In this document: in pieces, positions 25,406-37,437 of the stretch
Position numbering within the stretch: position 1 is the stretch's first letter
Layout of the letters: every line of letters starts with the position of its first letter
Assembly: GCA_034780895.1 (NCBI GenBank)
Contig: JAUZTB010000033.1
Coordinates: 26,713,051 to 26,777,050, forward strand
Source: Rhynchobatus australiae
Lineage: Eukaryota
Reading direction: 5' to 3'
Length of the DNA: 64,000 nt
Notes under the pieces: generated by a model
Database searches by the model: none
What the model saw: the letters and a program-made list of their open reading frames with translations, nothing else
What the model was told of the DNA's origin: nothing
Made by a program: the position numbers and the translations under genes

Positions 25406-25604
25406 TAAGATATCTTTATTAGTCACCTGTACATCGAAACACACAGTGAAATGCATCTTTTTGCATAGAGTGTTCTGGGGGCAGCCCAAAAGTGTTGCCA
25501 TGCTTCCGGCACCAACATTGCATGCCCACAACTTCCTAACCCGTAAGTCTTTGGAACGTGGGAGGAAACTGGAGCACCTGGAGCAAACCCACACAGACAC
25601 GGGG
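25406..25604 (-). mobile_element. V-SINE (tail type B)
   Basis: Reverse-complement V core (GTGGGAGGAAACTGGAGCACCTGGAG) joined to the tail shared with 95-238. Confidence 0.85.
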
Positions 25605-26059
25605 NNNNNNNNNNNNNNNNNNNNNNNNNNNNNNNNNNNNNNNNNNNNNNNNNNNNNNNNNNNNNNNNNNNNNNNNNNNNNNNNNNNNNNNNNNNNNNNN
25701 NNNNNNNNNNNNNNNNNNNNNNNNNNNNNNNNNNNNNNNNNNNNNAGATGCTGCCTGACCTGTGAACAGTTCAAGAATGTTTGAGTCAAATTTCAGGTTT
25801 CCAGCACTTGGGTTTTGAATTCTGAAATGAGTTCTGATTGAGAGGGGCTGGGACGAGGGTGTGCAGGCAGGGTGTCAGTGGAGGGCACAAACACTGATAG
25901 CTCGTCCAACACCAAATCCAATATTCATCTTCAAAGGTCATTAGTTGCTTCAAAAATAAGGCAACCACCCACAAGAATTTTTAATAAAAACACAACATGC
26001 TTGAAATACTCAGCAAGTCAAGCAGCATATGCGGAAAGGAAACAGAAGTTTAACATAAC

Positions 26060-26555
26060 AAAGATGATCCGTTGACTGTGGAGGCTGTTGGGGTGGTAAG
26101 TGAGGGAGTGAGAGCAGAGAGTGGAACAGATGTAGTTGAGAGCCCAGTCAGCTCTGGTGGAGAGGAAACCAGTTAAGGAAAAGGAAAAGAGAAAACTGGT
26201 GCGGAAGTTACAGCCATCAGAACATATGCAAGGGAAAACTGGGAGAATGGAATGGAATGGAATGCTCACAAGCAACAGGGATGGAAGAATGCGTAGACAA
26301 GCTACTGTGTGAGTCTGTGGGTCTGTAGTTGTCTCTAACCTGTATCCTGAAATGGGAGTAAACAATTCAAGAAAGGAAAGGGAAGAGTACAGAGATGGTC
26401 CATGTGAAAACGAAAGAAGGGTGGATACTGGCAGCAAAGATGATCAAGTTGTATATGAGAGCGGGAAGCAGCACTGATACATTTGTCAATGTACGGGGAA
26501 AAAAGGGTGCCTGAGAAAAACTGAAGGAAAGAATATTCCACACATAACACTGAGA
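26060..26555 (-). mobile_element. Penelope-like RT remnant
   Basis: Frameshifted VEYSFLQ..PYIDKCISAAS (decayed YIDD), FAASIHPSFVFTWTIS..PFL, SISGYRL, SIPF. Confidence 0.75.
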
Positions 26556-26559
26556 CAAT

Positions 26560-27870
26560 TAGACCAAAGGTACAAGTTTATAATGTTGGCAACGAGAGCA
26601 GTAAGCCTGAAGATCAGAAGCATTTCAGGATTCAGCAAAGGAGGACCACAAAATTGATAAGGGAAAAGAGAGTGGAATATGAGAATAATATAGTGAAAAA
26701 CAGAAAAAAACGTAAAAGTTTCTATAGATATGTGAAAAGGAAAAGATTAGCATGCCAAAAGCCATCTTCACCACCCTGTCTACCTGCAACACCACTTTCA
26801 GGGAACAATGNNNNNNNNNNNNNNNNNNNNNNNNNNNNNNNNNNNNNNNNNNNNNNNNNNNNNNNNNNNNNNNNNNNNNNNNNNNNNNNNNNNNNNNNNN
26901 NNNNNNNNNNNNNNNNNNNNNNNNNNNNNNNNNNNNNNNNNNNNNNNNNNNNNNNNNNNNNNNNNNNNNNNNNNNNNNNNNNNNNNNNNNNNNNNNNNNN
27001 NNNNNNNNNNNNNNNNNNNNNNNNNNNNNNNNNNNNNNNNNNNNNNNNNNNNNNNNNNNNNNNNNNNNNNNNNNNNNNNNNNNNNNNNNNNNNNNNNNNN
27101 NNNNNNNNNNNNNNNNNNNNNNNNNNNNNNNNNNNNNNNNNNNNNNNNNNNNNNNNNNNNNNNNNNNNNNNNNNNNNNNNNNNNNNNNNNNNNNNNNNNN
27201 NNNNNNNNNNNNNNNNNNNNNNNNNNNNNNNNNNNNNNNNNNNNNNNNNNNNNNNNNNNNNNNNNNNNNNNNNNNNNNNNNNNNNNNNNNNNNNNNNNNN
27301 NNNNNNNNNNNNNNNNNNNNNNNNNNNNNNNNNNNNNNNNNNNNNNNNNNNNNNNNNNNNNNNNNNNNNNNNNNNNNNNNNNNNNNNNNNNNNNNNNNNN
27401 NNNNNNNNNNNNNNCCAGCGTGCCAAACGCCTTCTTCACCACCCTGTGACACCACTTTCAGGGAACAATGTATTTGTACTCCTAGATATTTTGTGCCTGC
27501 CTAGAGAGAGTCAGGAGTTGAAAGAAGTTTTTGAAAAAGTAATACTGAAATCTGATAAATCTCCAGGGTCCAATGACCTGCATCCATTTCAAAATAGATA
27601 GCCAAGGACACAGTGGATGCATTGGTTTTCATGTTCCAAAATTCCACAGAATCTAGAACAGTTCCCATAGATTGGCTGGTAGAAAATGTAAGGAAGGAAA
27701 GAGAAAACAGAAGAATAGATCAGTCAGCTTGAAAGCAATAGTAAGGAAATTGTCAGAATCCATTAAAAAGTGTAACTGGGCACTTGGAATAATACTAGGA
27801 TTGGGTAAAGTTAGCATGGATTTATGAAACTCATGAATCACAAATACGTTGGAGTCTTTTTGAGATTGAA
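26560..27870 (+). mobile_element. CR1 fragment with an opposite-strand CR1 piece nested around a gap
   Basis: KSFYRYVKRKR and KSDKSPGSNDLHP remnants; the nested piece reads LKVVLQVDRVVKMAFGML on the minus strand. Confidence 0.7.
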
Positions 27871-28990
27871 GCTATTGGCTGGCCATTGCTACAAGTCTTC
27901 TCAAAGGGAATTTCAGGTTAAATAAGACCGGACAACAAATAAGCACTGAGGCTGCAAAGGCATCAAGAGAGTGGTGTGCAGTGGAACAGGATTTGCCAGT
28001 TGGTCTATGCAATCTGATGTTGTCACTTTGGATGCTGTAAAGAAAAACAGGTATCATTTAGATGAGAAATTGGAGGGCCAAACACTCCAGAGGCAACGGT
28101 GCGGAGGTCTGAGGAGAGAAAGATTCTCCAGCTCAGGAAGGAGTATGGAGTCACACTCTATGTCAATTTGACTTTGATTAGGACCATTTCAATCATGTGT
28201 CCAGTCAGAAACTTGATTAGAGATGTTTAAGCATGGAGTTGTATGAACGGTGAGGACTGATTTGGGATGCGACTTTCTTGGCCCTGAAAGGAAAAGAATG
28301 TTGGAGTCATGTCCATAGATGGCAATGAAAGTAGAGACAAAGGTTTATTTTTAATCAAGGAGGTTATTGATGGTAGATTTGAAAAGGGTAGGGGTGAAAG
28401 AGAGTCAGTGTCCAAGGACATAGTTTTTAACATCAGCTTGCATGGAGATCGGGACAGAGAAGATGGATGGTGTGAGAACAAGGGGCTCAGGGACACAGTG
28501 CTTGGAATGGGAAAGGAAATTAGAGAGAAATGAGAGCGAGAAACAAGAGAAGGATTAGAGTAGGGGAGGAGGAATCCAAGAAGATGGTTAGATTGGACAA
28601 CTTAAGGAAGGGAGGGAAGTAACAGAGCCAGATGAACAATACACTTAATCCTAGGGACTAAATGGCGAATGAGCTCCTTACATGTTGTGGGAAGCATGGT
28701 TAAAGGGGATAGTTTGAGCTGGAGAAAGTAAAGCCAGGCTATGATGCAGCCAGAACTGGTGAGGAATAGATAAACAACCTGCATTATAGAAACAGACAAA
28801 TCTACATCCTTGTAATTTAGGGAGAAGTTGGGGACAGTACCAATAGGAAGAATGAGGATGGGAGAGAATAAAGGTTTACAGGGGATAGTGACGTCAAAGC
28901 TGGAAACAAACATATGATTCAGCAGATGGGAATGTAAACATCCTCCAAAATAACCAATCAAACAAGGTGCCCAAAAGACCCAGCACATCA
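27870..28990 (-). mobile_element. Highly decayed L2-like LINE
   Basis: LLDAFAA (decayed LLDLSAAFD) near 27960 and a pyrimidine-rich minus strand. Similar decayed pieces near 13840-14900 and 42960-43290. Confidence 0.45.
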
Positions 28991-29422
28991 TTTACTTTAG
29001 AAGAGGATCAAAAAAAAAAGGAAATAGGGGAAAAAAAACTTGTTACCCACCCATGTACTGCACTAGTAAACATGCTTGTGGCGTTGTGTTTATAAACAGC
29101 ATTTATCAGAGCATAATGTGAAACTATGTTCAGAGCAACGTAGTTTTACACCATGTTTTTAATAATACAACCAGAAGAGCATTTCTTAACCACATTTCCA
29201 TAAGATGCCATCCCCATTTCTAAAAAGCAGAATTTGTACACTACTGTAAAAATCTGCCATTAANNNNNNNNNNNNNNNNNNNNNNNNNNNNNNNNNNNNN
29301 NNNNNNNNNNNNNNNNNNNNNNNNNNNNNNNNNNNNNNNNNNNNNNNNNNNNNNNNNNNNNNNNNNNNNNNNNNNNNNNNNNNNNNNNNNNNNNNNNNNN
29401 NNNNNNNNNNNNNNNNNNNNNC

Positions 29423-31345
29423 CGTGACCCTCAATTCGTCAATCTTTCAAATATTTATCCATCTTCAACTTAACTATCTATAATGATCAGATCTCCATCA
29501 CCCTTGGGATCAGAGAATTCCACCACACTCTGAGAGAAGAAATTTCTACACACCTGTTTTAAATGACCTGCCCATTATTTTGTATCTGTGTCCCTTGTTC
29601 ATGACTTTCCCACTACTAAATACATCTCAACATCTACCATGTCAAGCCAAACTAGGATTTTATATGTTTGAATAAGGTCACCCCTCATTCTTCTAAACCT
29701 CAAGGAATACAGCCCCAAACTGTAGAGCCTCTCTTGATAGGGCAACCCTCTCATCCTAAGAACTAGCCTGATGAATCTCCTTTGGATTGCCTCAAATGCT
29801 ACTATATCATTTTTTAGTTAAGGGGACTAAAACTGTGAACAGTATGCAAGTGTGGCCTCTCCAACACCCTGTACAACTGTAACAAAACCTCCCTATTCGT
29901 AAACAACAACACCTTGTTGGACCTGCCTGCTAAATTTTCGGATATCCTTGAACTTCACTCATTTGGAGTCTCTCTCCCTTTTGATTCCTTTTACCAAAGT
30001 ACATGACCTCACACTTCCCACATTATACTCCATNNNNNNNNNNTTTTCACCCAGTCACTATCTATATCCCATGGCAGAATCACAACATTCTCATCACAAC
30101 ATGTCCTTCTACCTGTTTTCATATCATTGACAAACTTGGAAACCTTACCCACCTCCAGATCATTATGTAAACAGTAAACAATTGAGGGCCCCAAGAATAG
30201 ATCTCCAGGATACAGCACTGGTTTCATCCTTCCAGCATTCATTCCAACTCTGTTTTCTATGTGATAGCCAGTTTTCAATCCATGCAAACACACTTCTTCC
30301 AATACCTTGGGCTCTTAATTTATGCAGCAGCCTCCCACATGTCACCTTGTCAAATGCCTTTTGGAAATCTAAATACAGCATATCTACAGGATCCCCTCTA
30401 TTAATGCTCACTGTCACATCTTCAAAGAAATCAAACAAATTTATCAAACATAATTCACCATTCATAAATCCATGTTGACTAGGTTTAATTATATTCTATT
30501 TTCCTAAATGATTAGTAATTTCCTCTTTAAGTATTGACTCTAGCATCTTCCCAATAATAGCTGTTAAACTAACTGGCCAAAAGTTCCCCACCTTCAATCT
30601 TCCTCCTTTTCTGAACAAGAGGGTCACATTGGCTGCTTTCCAATCTTCTGGTACCCACCAGAATTTAGCAAGTTTTGAAAATCTTCAACCAATGGGTTCA
30701 CTATTTCTGCAGCCACTTCCTTTAAAACCCCAGTGTGCAGTCCATTGAGTCATGGTGATTTGTTCCCCTTCAGCCCCGTGAGTTTCCCCAATACTTTATC
30801 CCATGTGATTGGCATCTTTACAAGTTCCTCTGTTGTTTGAAATTAGCCCATCTGTTATCTTCGGGATATTTGCAGTTTCCTCCACAGTGAAGGTTGATGC
30901 AAAAAAATTTATTTAACATTTCTGCCATTCCTTTGTTCCTGTTATTAATTTACCAGCCTTGTTCTCTAGAGATCCCATACTTACTTTAGCCACCTTCTTT
31001 CTATTTATGAATCCATAGAAATTCTTACTTTTTGTTTTGCTATGACACACAAGTTTTTTCCCCAAAATCAATTTTCTCCCTTTTTATCAACTTTTTTTGT
31101 CTTTTGTTGCTGGATCCTAAAAACTTCCCAGTCCTCTGGCCTACCACCAGCCCTTGCCACTTTGTATGCCCTACTTTTCAACTTAACATTATCCTTCACC
31201 TCCTTTGTACGCCACAGGTCATGCCTCTTTCTCACGGAATCCGTCTTTCTAATTTGGATAAATTCCTGCTGAGAGTTATGGATCAGCTGTTTGAATATCT
31301 GCCACAAAAGCTGCCTATTAAAGCTTTCCACAATTCTAAATCTAG
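29423..31345 (-). mobile_element. CR1/HER1-type LINE fragment, about 1.9 kb
   Basis: CLINLFDFFEDVT...VDMLYLDFQKAFDKV...WIENWLSHRKQ; YKVARAGGRPEDWEVFRIQQQKTKK. Confidence 0.9.
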
Positions 31346-32349
31346 GCTTTCAAGGCCAGTTTGAAGGACTTTACAAAAAACCTTTATATGAACACCACCA
31401 CAAATACATTTTCAACCTTTCCTCTTATATATTAGCATAATTCAAACATGAAGGCTCATTAAATCCATTTTAATGTTTGACTTTCATCTTTAAGAATTTG
31501 TTTTAAAAAGGTATCACCAGTGCTTATATTCCCGGTGTGTGAATAAGGAAAGATTTATGCTGAAAGCATAAAAAGCCATACACAGCTCCAAATACTGGAC
31601 ATTATAAAATCTTCTCCGATGTTACAGGATTTAGGCCCAATAACAATCAAGGAACAGAAAATATTTCCAAGTCATGACAGTACGTGACTTGGAAAAAGAA
31701 CCAACAGGTGATGAACTTCCCAAGCACCTGGTGCCCTTGTCCTTCCGATGTTGTGGATTTGGATGTCATACCAGCCTAGCTGAATAACTACAATTTATTG
31801 ATGGCACACATTCAGCCATTGTGCACCAGTAGTGGTTGGAATGAACATTTAATTTCACCTAAATTACACTGACATTCAACCTTGCTGATTTATAAATGAA
31901 AAAAAATACCAGCATAACAGAAACAAATCCAGAGGCAGATTTTACACATGCAGTTCTGAATTATGGCTAGACAATGGCAATGGCAATGCATTGAACACTC
32001 ACTTGCTGCACTTGTGCAATAGAGTCATAACTCAGAACCAAAGACACTTATAAAAAAGGCCATGTTGTCTAACAAGTCTGCCAGTTTTTGCAGCACAATG
32101 CAAAACAACAATTTTATTCTCTTCCTCTTATCCATTTTTAAATCTATTTTGTACTTTATACATAAAAGACATCATGATTCTTACTTATCCTATCAAAACA
32201 GTTCTTACAGTTGAAAACAATCAAAACACTTGCAGCTTTTCTTCCAATGGAAATAAGCCTCAACTATCAAGTCTCATCTGATAAATATGGTTTCCTGTCC
32301 TGGCATTGTGCTGGTGAATCAGCTGCAGTACTGCATGCACTTCTAATCA

Positions 32350-32828
32350 CCAAGGTATAAGAAGGATGTGATCATGTCGGAGAGGGTGCAGAGGAGATTC
32401 ACCAGATGTTGCCTGGGATGGAGCAGTTCAATAATAAGGAGATACTGGAAAAGCTGTGTCCCTGGGGCAGAGGAGGTTAAGAGGGGATGTTACTGAGGTA
32501 TATAAAGTCATGAGGGGTATAGTTAAGGCAGACTGCAGGAAACTTTTCCTTGTAGTAGAGGTAGATAAAACTAGAGGACATAGATTTAGGGCAAGAGGGA
32601 AGAGATTTAGAGAGGATGTGAAGGGAATCATCTTACCCAGAGTGTTAAGTACCTGGAATGCAGTGCCTGAGACAGTGGTTGAAGCTAGGTCGCTGACTGC
32701 ATTTAAAAAGTGTCTAGAAGAGCACTTGAATTGCTTGGGCATAGCGGGCTATAGATCAAGTGCTGAGTGATAGGATTAATAAGGAGAGTGCCCATTGGTC
32801 CCAACACTGTACAATTCTATGATTCTAT
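32350..32828 (+). mobile_element. CR1 3' fragment
   Basis: SLGQRRLRGDVTEVYKVMRG...TRGHRF...WNAVPETVVEA..FKKCLEEHL; (ATTCTATG) tail. Confidence 0.85.
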
Positions 32829-32999
32829 ATTACTCGTGGTTTCAAAGTCTTCTATGTAATGGACTTCTGAAATCAACTCTCAGTGACTTAAACACTGTCT
32901 TCCAAAGACTTTCTATTTTGCATTCTATGTCTCTATTTATAAACTAGAGTCAGTCTTGCCCTCACACTTGGAGAATTTATAAGTAACCCCCTTTTTTTA

Positions 33000-33400
33000 A
33001 ACTCAGTTTATACTCCCACACTTTGTTTTATCTTTCTCAAAATATATGATTGACTTTTCCATTTTAGTTTTCATCTTCCACCTGCTTGGCCATTTGACGA
33101 GCTTCTCAACATTTTTTCCTTCACCCAATAAAGCCTCATCTAAGTTGTTATGTCTCCTAAAATATTTTGATAACATTTTCCTGTCCAGGTTCAAATTATC
33201 TATAGATACACAGGCTGAGAATGAAAGGGAAGTCAATATTGTGCCTTTGGGTATTTCACTTGCAATCCTTCTCCAATCTGGAAAAAAACCTACTAGCATT
33301 CTAAACACTTGCCCCTCTCCCTTCCTGTTTTCCATCCATACTATTATATTTGCTCTTAACCCAAGGCAAATTAACTTCAAATAATGCGTGGCTGCACTCT
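33000..33400 (-). mobile_element. Decayed CR1 RT fragment
   Basis: LRANIIVWMENRK...WRRIASEIPKGTIL...LVKWPSRWKM, a decayed GVPQGSVL / WA..WQM region. Confidence 0.6.
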
Positions 33401-34358
33401 CTTAAAATGGAGGCCAAGTAAGGTTCTCGGATACCTTGCATAAAACAGTGTTTCAATGGCTCTAGGATTTATGCTTTTGGCATGCAGGGTCTAGGCTCAC
33501 ACCTGAAATGGTATTTGGATGCAATAGAAGAATGTTCCCATTATTGCAATATCATTCCATACAAAGTATGGATTGGAAGTGCAATGAAAACTACATCTTT
33601 CTGTACACTGTATTTGTGGTTTCTCTTCAACTTAAAAAAAAATGTCATTTGCACCTGTGGGCACAAGAGATAAAATGGCCATCTTATTCTTTTGCACTCA
33701 TAGCCTTCAAATCATTGGGAAGGACGGACAGTGGTTCACAGGGGGAGAATGTGGAAGTGGGAGATGATGGTGAAAAGGTGGAGGAAATGCTCTGGAAGTG
33801 TTGGGGGGGGTGGAAGCATGATTGTTGAAAGGAAAAAGTGATTGGTGGAGCTAAATGCTACATTTTCTGTGTAATTTCAGTCCAAATATTACCTTTTGCA
33901 TCGGGATGCAGGAGAGCTGAAGTCAAAGAAACAGGAAACTGAAAGTGAAGACATGGTATAGCTGCAAAAAAAAGTTAAGGAATGGAATGGCCCTGCAAAG
34001 GTTTGAATATAATTAGAACACTAAACTGAAGGTGTCAGATGTCCTGGACCCAATACAAGGTTGGTAGGGATGGGGTGATGGACAGGATGATGCTGTGCTA
34101 TATATTGGAAGCAGAAGTACACAGAGAATGGAGAATGAAATGGTGGGCAGAAATGCACTTGAATGGTGGAGAAAAAAACCAAAAGCCTGTATTTATGAAG
34201 TGCTGTGGAGACAATAAAGTACTTTTGTTGTTATTACTGTGATTCGGTAATAATGCAGCAGCAAATCTGTATATAGCTAGCTTCCATAAACAATAATAAA
34301 TAAATGGTCAAATCACTTATTTTACATATTTGCTGAGAGAATTCCAATGGTTTTCTTC

Positions 34359-34404
34359 AATGGTACTGAGGGGTTTTCTTAAATGGTACTGAGGGGTTTT
34401 CTTA
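34359..34404. repeat. 23 bp tandem duplication
   Basis: AATGGTACTGAGGGGTTTTCTTA occurs twice. Confidence 0.9.
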
Positions 34405-35439
34405 TGCTTTCTGTGAGTGTAGATAACATCCCATTTCATCTGAGAATTAGCATTTCTGATAGTGATCAACACCTTAATACTGCACAGAAGTGTCACAAAG
34501 CACACTTGAGTCTCAGAAGTCAGAAACGAATCAACCACATTTCCTCCACCTGTCCTCCAAAGTGTTACCGTTATGTCAAGTTGTAATTTAAGTTTTTACA
34601 TGTCAAATAGATTGAGATAGGGGTCAAAGTAGCTGATATCATAAAAGTGAAGTTAGGCTATCAAAACGATGTAGGGACTGATGTTCAACTGGGGGTTGAA
34701 TAAACACTAATGTTGGTAACAATCTGGTGACATAGTGTGTGCATAGGAGTGGAATTGAAAGCCAGAATAAGCTATTACGATGGTGACCAAAAACATTGGT
34801 TCCAATATTTTTGCAGAGAAATTGTAGGGTAAGTTAGGATAGAAAACTCAGACATGTGACGTCCAGCTAAAAATACCCAGCCNNNNNNNNNNNNNNNNNN
34901 NNNNNNNNNNNNNNNNNNNNNNNNNNNNNNNNNNNNNNNNNNNNNNNNNNNNNNNNNNNNNNNNNNNNNNNNNNNNNNNNNNGACACATCTCAGCTAAAC
35001 CCAAACCTCAGCACTGATGTGTGCCTTCTCACAGCTGGAGTCATTGAATACTGGTAGAAAGAAACCTAGCTATTTTTATCCCTTCCCAGTTTGAAAGGTG
35101 TTGATACTGAATGTAGCATTCCGCAAAGAAATTGATATTCATCAAAAAGAAACACAGTCTGAGCCCAAGTTACTTGTTAATGGTTACAACTATTATACAT
35201 CCTAAATGATTCACAAAAATGCTTTTTGGAGGAAGAGATAGGAGGCAGGGTGGGATTATATTGCCCATACTTCACTGTTGCTGAAAGTGGTCTAGAATGT
35301 AAATCAAGGCAAAAGAATGAATATGTCTGAGAAGACCGTGGAATCTTGAAAACCTTCTGAGACTTCCTTTGATACGGTTGGACTTCTGTGGAAGTGTGAT
35401 TGGGAAATTACAACCAAAATTATGCCTATTCATGTGACC

Positions 35440-36030
35440 ATATGGCAACATCTATTTTCAACCAGATTAGCCTTTATTGAAAGAGATGTGGAATACAAAG
35501 TCAGCAAAGTCCTTCTATAACTCCCCCTAAGCTTTGAAGAGGCCTCTCAAGGTGGTTTTAGTCTCCTATTTAAGGAGGGACATACTTAACTTGGAGGTTG
35601 TGCAAAGAAGGTCCTGTTAGATGGAATCCCAGGATGAAGGAAAGATTGAGTAAACTCTGTGTTTTCTGGAGTTTAGAGGAATGGGAGGAGATTTTATGGA
35701 AATATGTAAGATTCTGAGGATCTTGTGAGTTTTCATTGGTAGGGATATGCTGAGTTGTGAAGGCATAGTTGCAGGACAGAGGGAAACCTATTTGAGATAA
35801 AGGAGAAATTCCTACTCAGCTCTGAGTGTTCTGGATGTTAGGGATTCCCTCTTCCAGAGGGTTGTGAATGCTGAGTCATTAAGTATATGAAAGGCTAACA
35901 CAGTGTTTGGACCATGGAAGAAACAGGACAGAAAGTGGGGTCGGCACCAGTGATCAGTTCGACCATAATGCTATTTTATATCAGGGCAGGTTCAAGAGGT
36001 GATGGAGTATTCCTGCTCCCCTTTCTAATG
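35440..36030 (+). mobile_element. Decayed CR1 3' fragment
   Basis: Nucleotide similarity to the other CR1 copies (CTGGAGTTTAGAGGAATGGGAGGAGAT; TATTCCTGCTCC tail). Confidence 0.6.
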
Positions 36031-36199
36031 TTAAATTTCTTTTTATGTTATTAAAAATGAACAAATATGGTTGTGGTCCAAAAAAGCACCGAACATTACG
36101 TAAGTGCCTTAAGTATAACATTATATTTTCAAGCCATCTAACAGAACCTCATCATGAAGCATTTGTGGAAATGGCAATCAGAATAAATATCTAAGCAGA

Positions 36200-37250
36200 G
36201 GAAGTGCAGGCGGTTCGTGTGCGTGGTTGCTAGGAGGCAGAATCACTGTGGTGGGCCACTGTGTGCTCGGGCTCGGGAATCGGTGGATGGTGTCAACGGG
36301 ACCACAAGTTCAACCGTGGCACCGAACCTCTGACACCGCGTATTATTATTTGTCTTGATTACGGAGGTTCCTGGTGTAAACTCAGGGGAAATTTCGCTCC
36401 TACTGGCAGTCTCCGGATTTAACAAAAAAAAGTTTTGTCCAGCCCCCTGTTGGCAACTTAAAGTATCCAGCAACACACGCAGGTTCTCGAAAACTTAAAA
36501 TAAAAACATTAGAGCGGCTCAACAGGTAACTCCCAGAAATACCCGGCAGCCGGCCGTTCCTCAAATCACCGTCCATAACGATGCGAGCACGTAAGCGAGA
36601 GGTCTGACCCCAACTCTAACCAGTTGTATTTTACAGAAACAACCCAGTCGGTGAATCGACAGTGAAAATAACTCGATGTTAACCATTAGTTGCCACATTT
36701 GATTTCGGATCACATTGGATCGGAACTAAAAAGTAATCTTCACCAAGTAAAATCATGTTGAACAATTCGTTGAAGATTTTAATTATTTTCAGTTTCGGAT
36801 CCCCTTTATCCCACTTTCCCACAGGAAGGGTGACTACAGATGGGGCTGAAGCAGTCGGGGTGGATACAGCTGCCCGCCCGGTGGCAGCAGCTGAACTCAC
36901 ACAACACAAACCGAACGGAAAGAGTCGCAAATTCACCTTCAGTTGGGACTTGGACACCTTGCCACATTTGTCGACATCCAGGGCCGTGAACGCATGCCAG
37001 ATAACTTTCAATAGCTCCTCTCGAAGCGCCATCGCTGCCTTGGGTTAGTCCGCTTTCGCTCCTGGTGCCGTGTCCTGCCTCTTCCGCACGTCAGTCAGAG
37101 GCACGGCGCAGCTCGCACATTCCTCCACAAACAGTCGGCGCGACTCACCCCACCCACCGGCAGGCGGACGGAGCCTGAAACTCTTCAACTCTGGAAAAAT
37201 GGGTTCAGAAGGTACGCGGTAGGTGCTGGGTCTTTGTGGCGTAAGCTAGT
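36200..37250 (-). promoter_or_regulatory. SWAP70: SWAP70 CpG island and promoter
   Basis: Raised CpG around exon 1; ETS-like CGGAAG and CRE-half TGACGT on the minus strand near 37080-37093. Confidence 0.7.
36937..37032 (-). CDS. SWAP70: SWAP70 coding exon 1
   Basis: Kozak GCAGCGATGG; [32 protein letters not shown] is the SWAP70/DEF6 N-terminal EF-hand-like region; donor AAG|GTGAAT. Position next to WEE1 favours SWAP70 over DEF6. Confidence 0.94.
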
Positions 37251-37310
37251 GGATGCTTCCCCAATAAGATACTCAAAATAATACTAAAGAATAAAATAAA
37301 AAGCACAGAA

Positions 37311-37437
37311 AATGCCATCAGATTTTTGAACTGACCATGAACACTACCTCGTTATTTCCTTTTTTTTGTACTATTTATCTTTGTAACTTGTAGTAATTTT
37401 GTGTCTTTGCACTACTGCTGCCGCAAAACAACAAATA
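37311..37437 (+). mobile_element. LINE 3' end (Rex1/Babar-like)
   Basis: GCCATCAGATTTTTGAA...TTGCACTACTGCTGCCGCAAAACAACAAAT tail. Confidence 0.5.

Noticed and set aside
26625-27601. Long ORFs of 213-321 aa here and at 2644-3646, and shorter ones at 41606-42120
   Set aside because: Their length comes from N runs; the flanks are transposon fragments.
33482-33673. ORF containing WFL and GHKR, reminiscent of PH-domain words
   Set aside because: Wrong strand, wrong order and wrong position (intron 1); chance.
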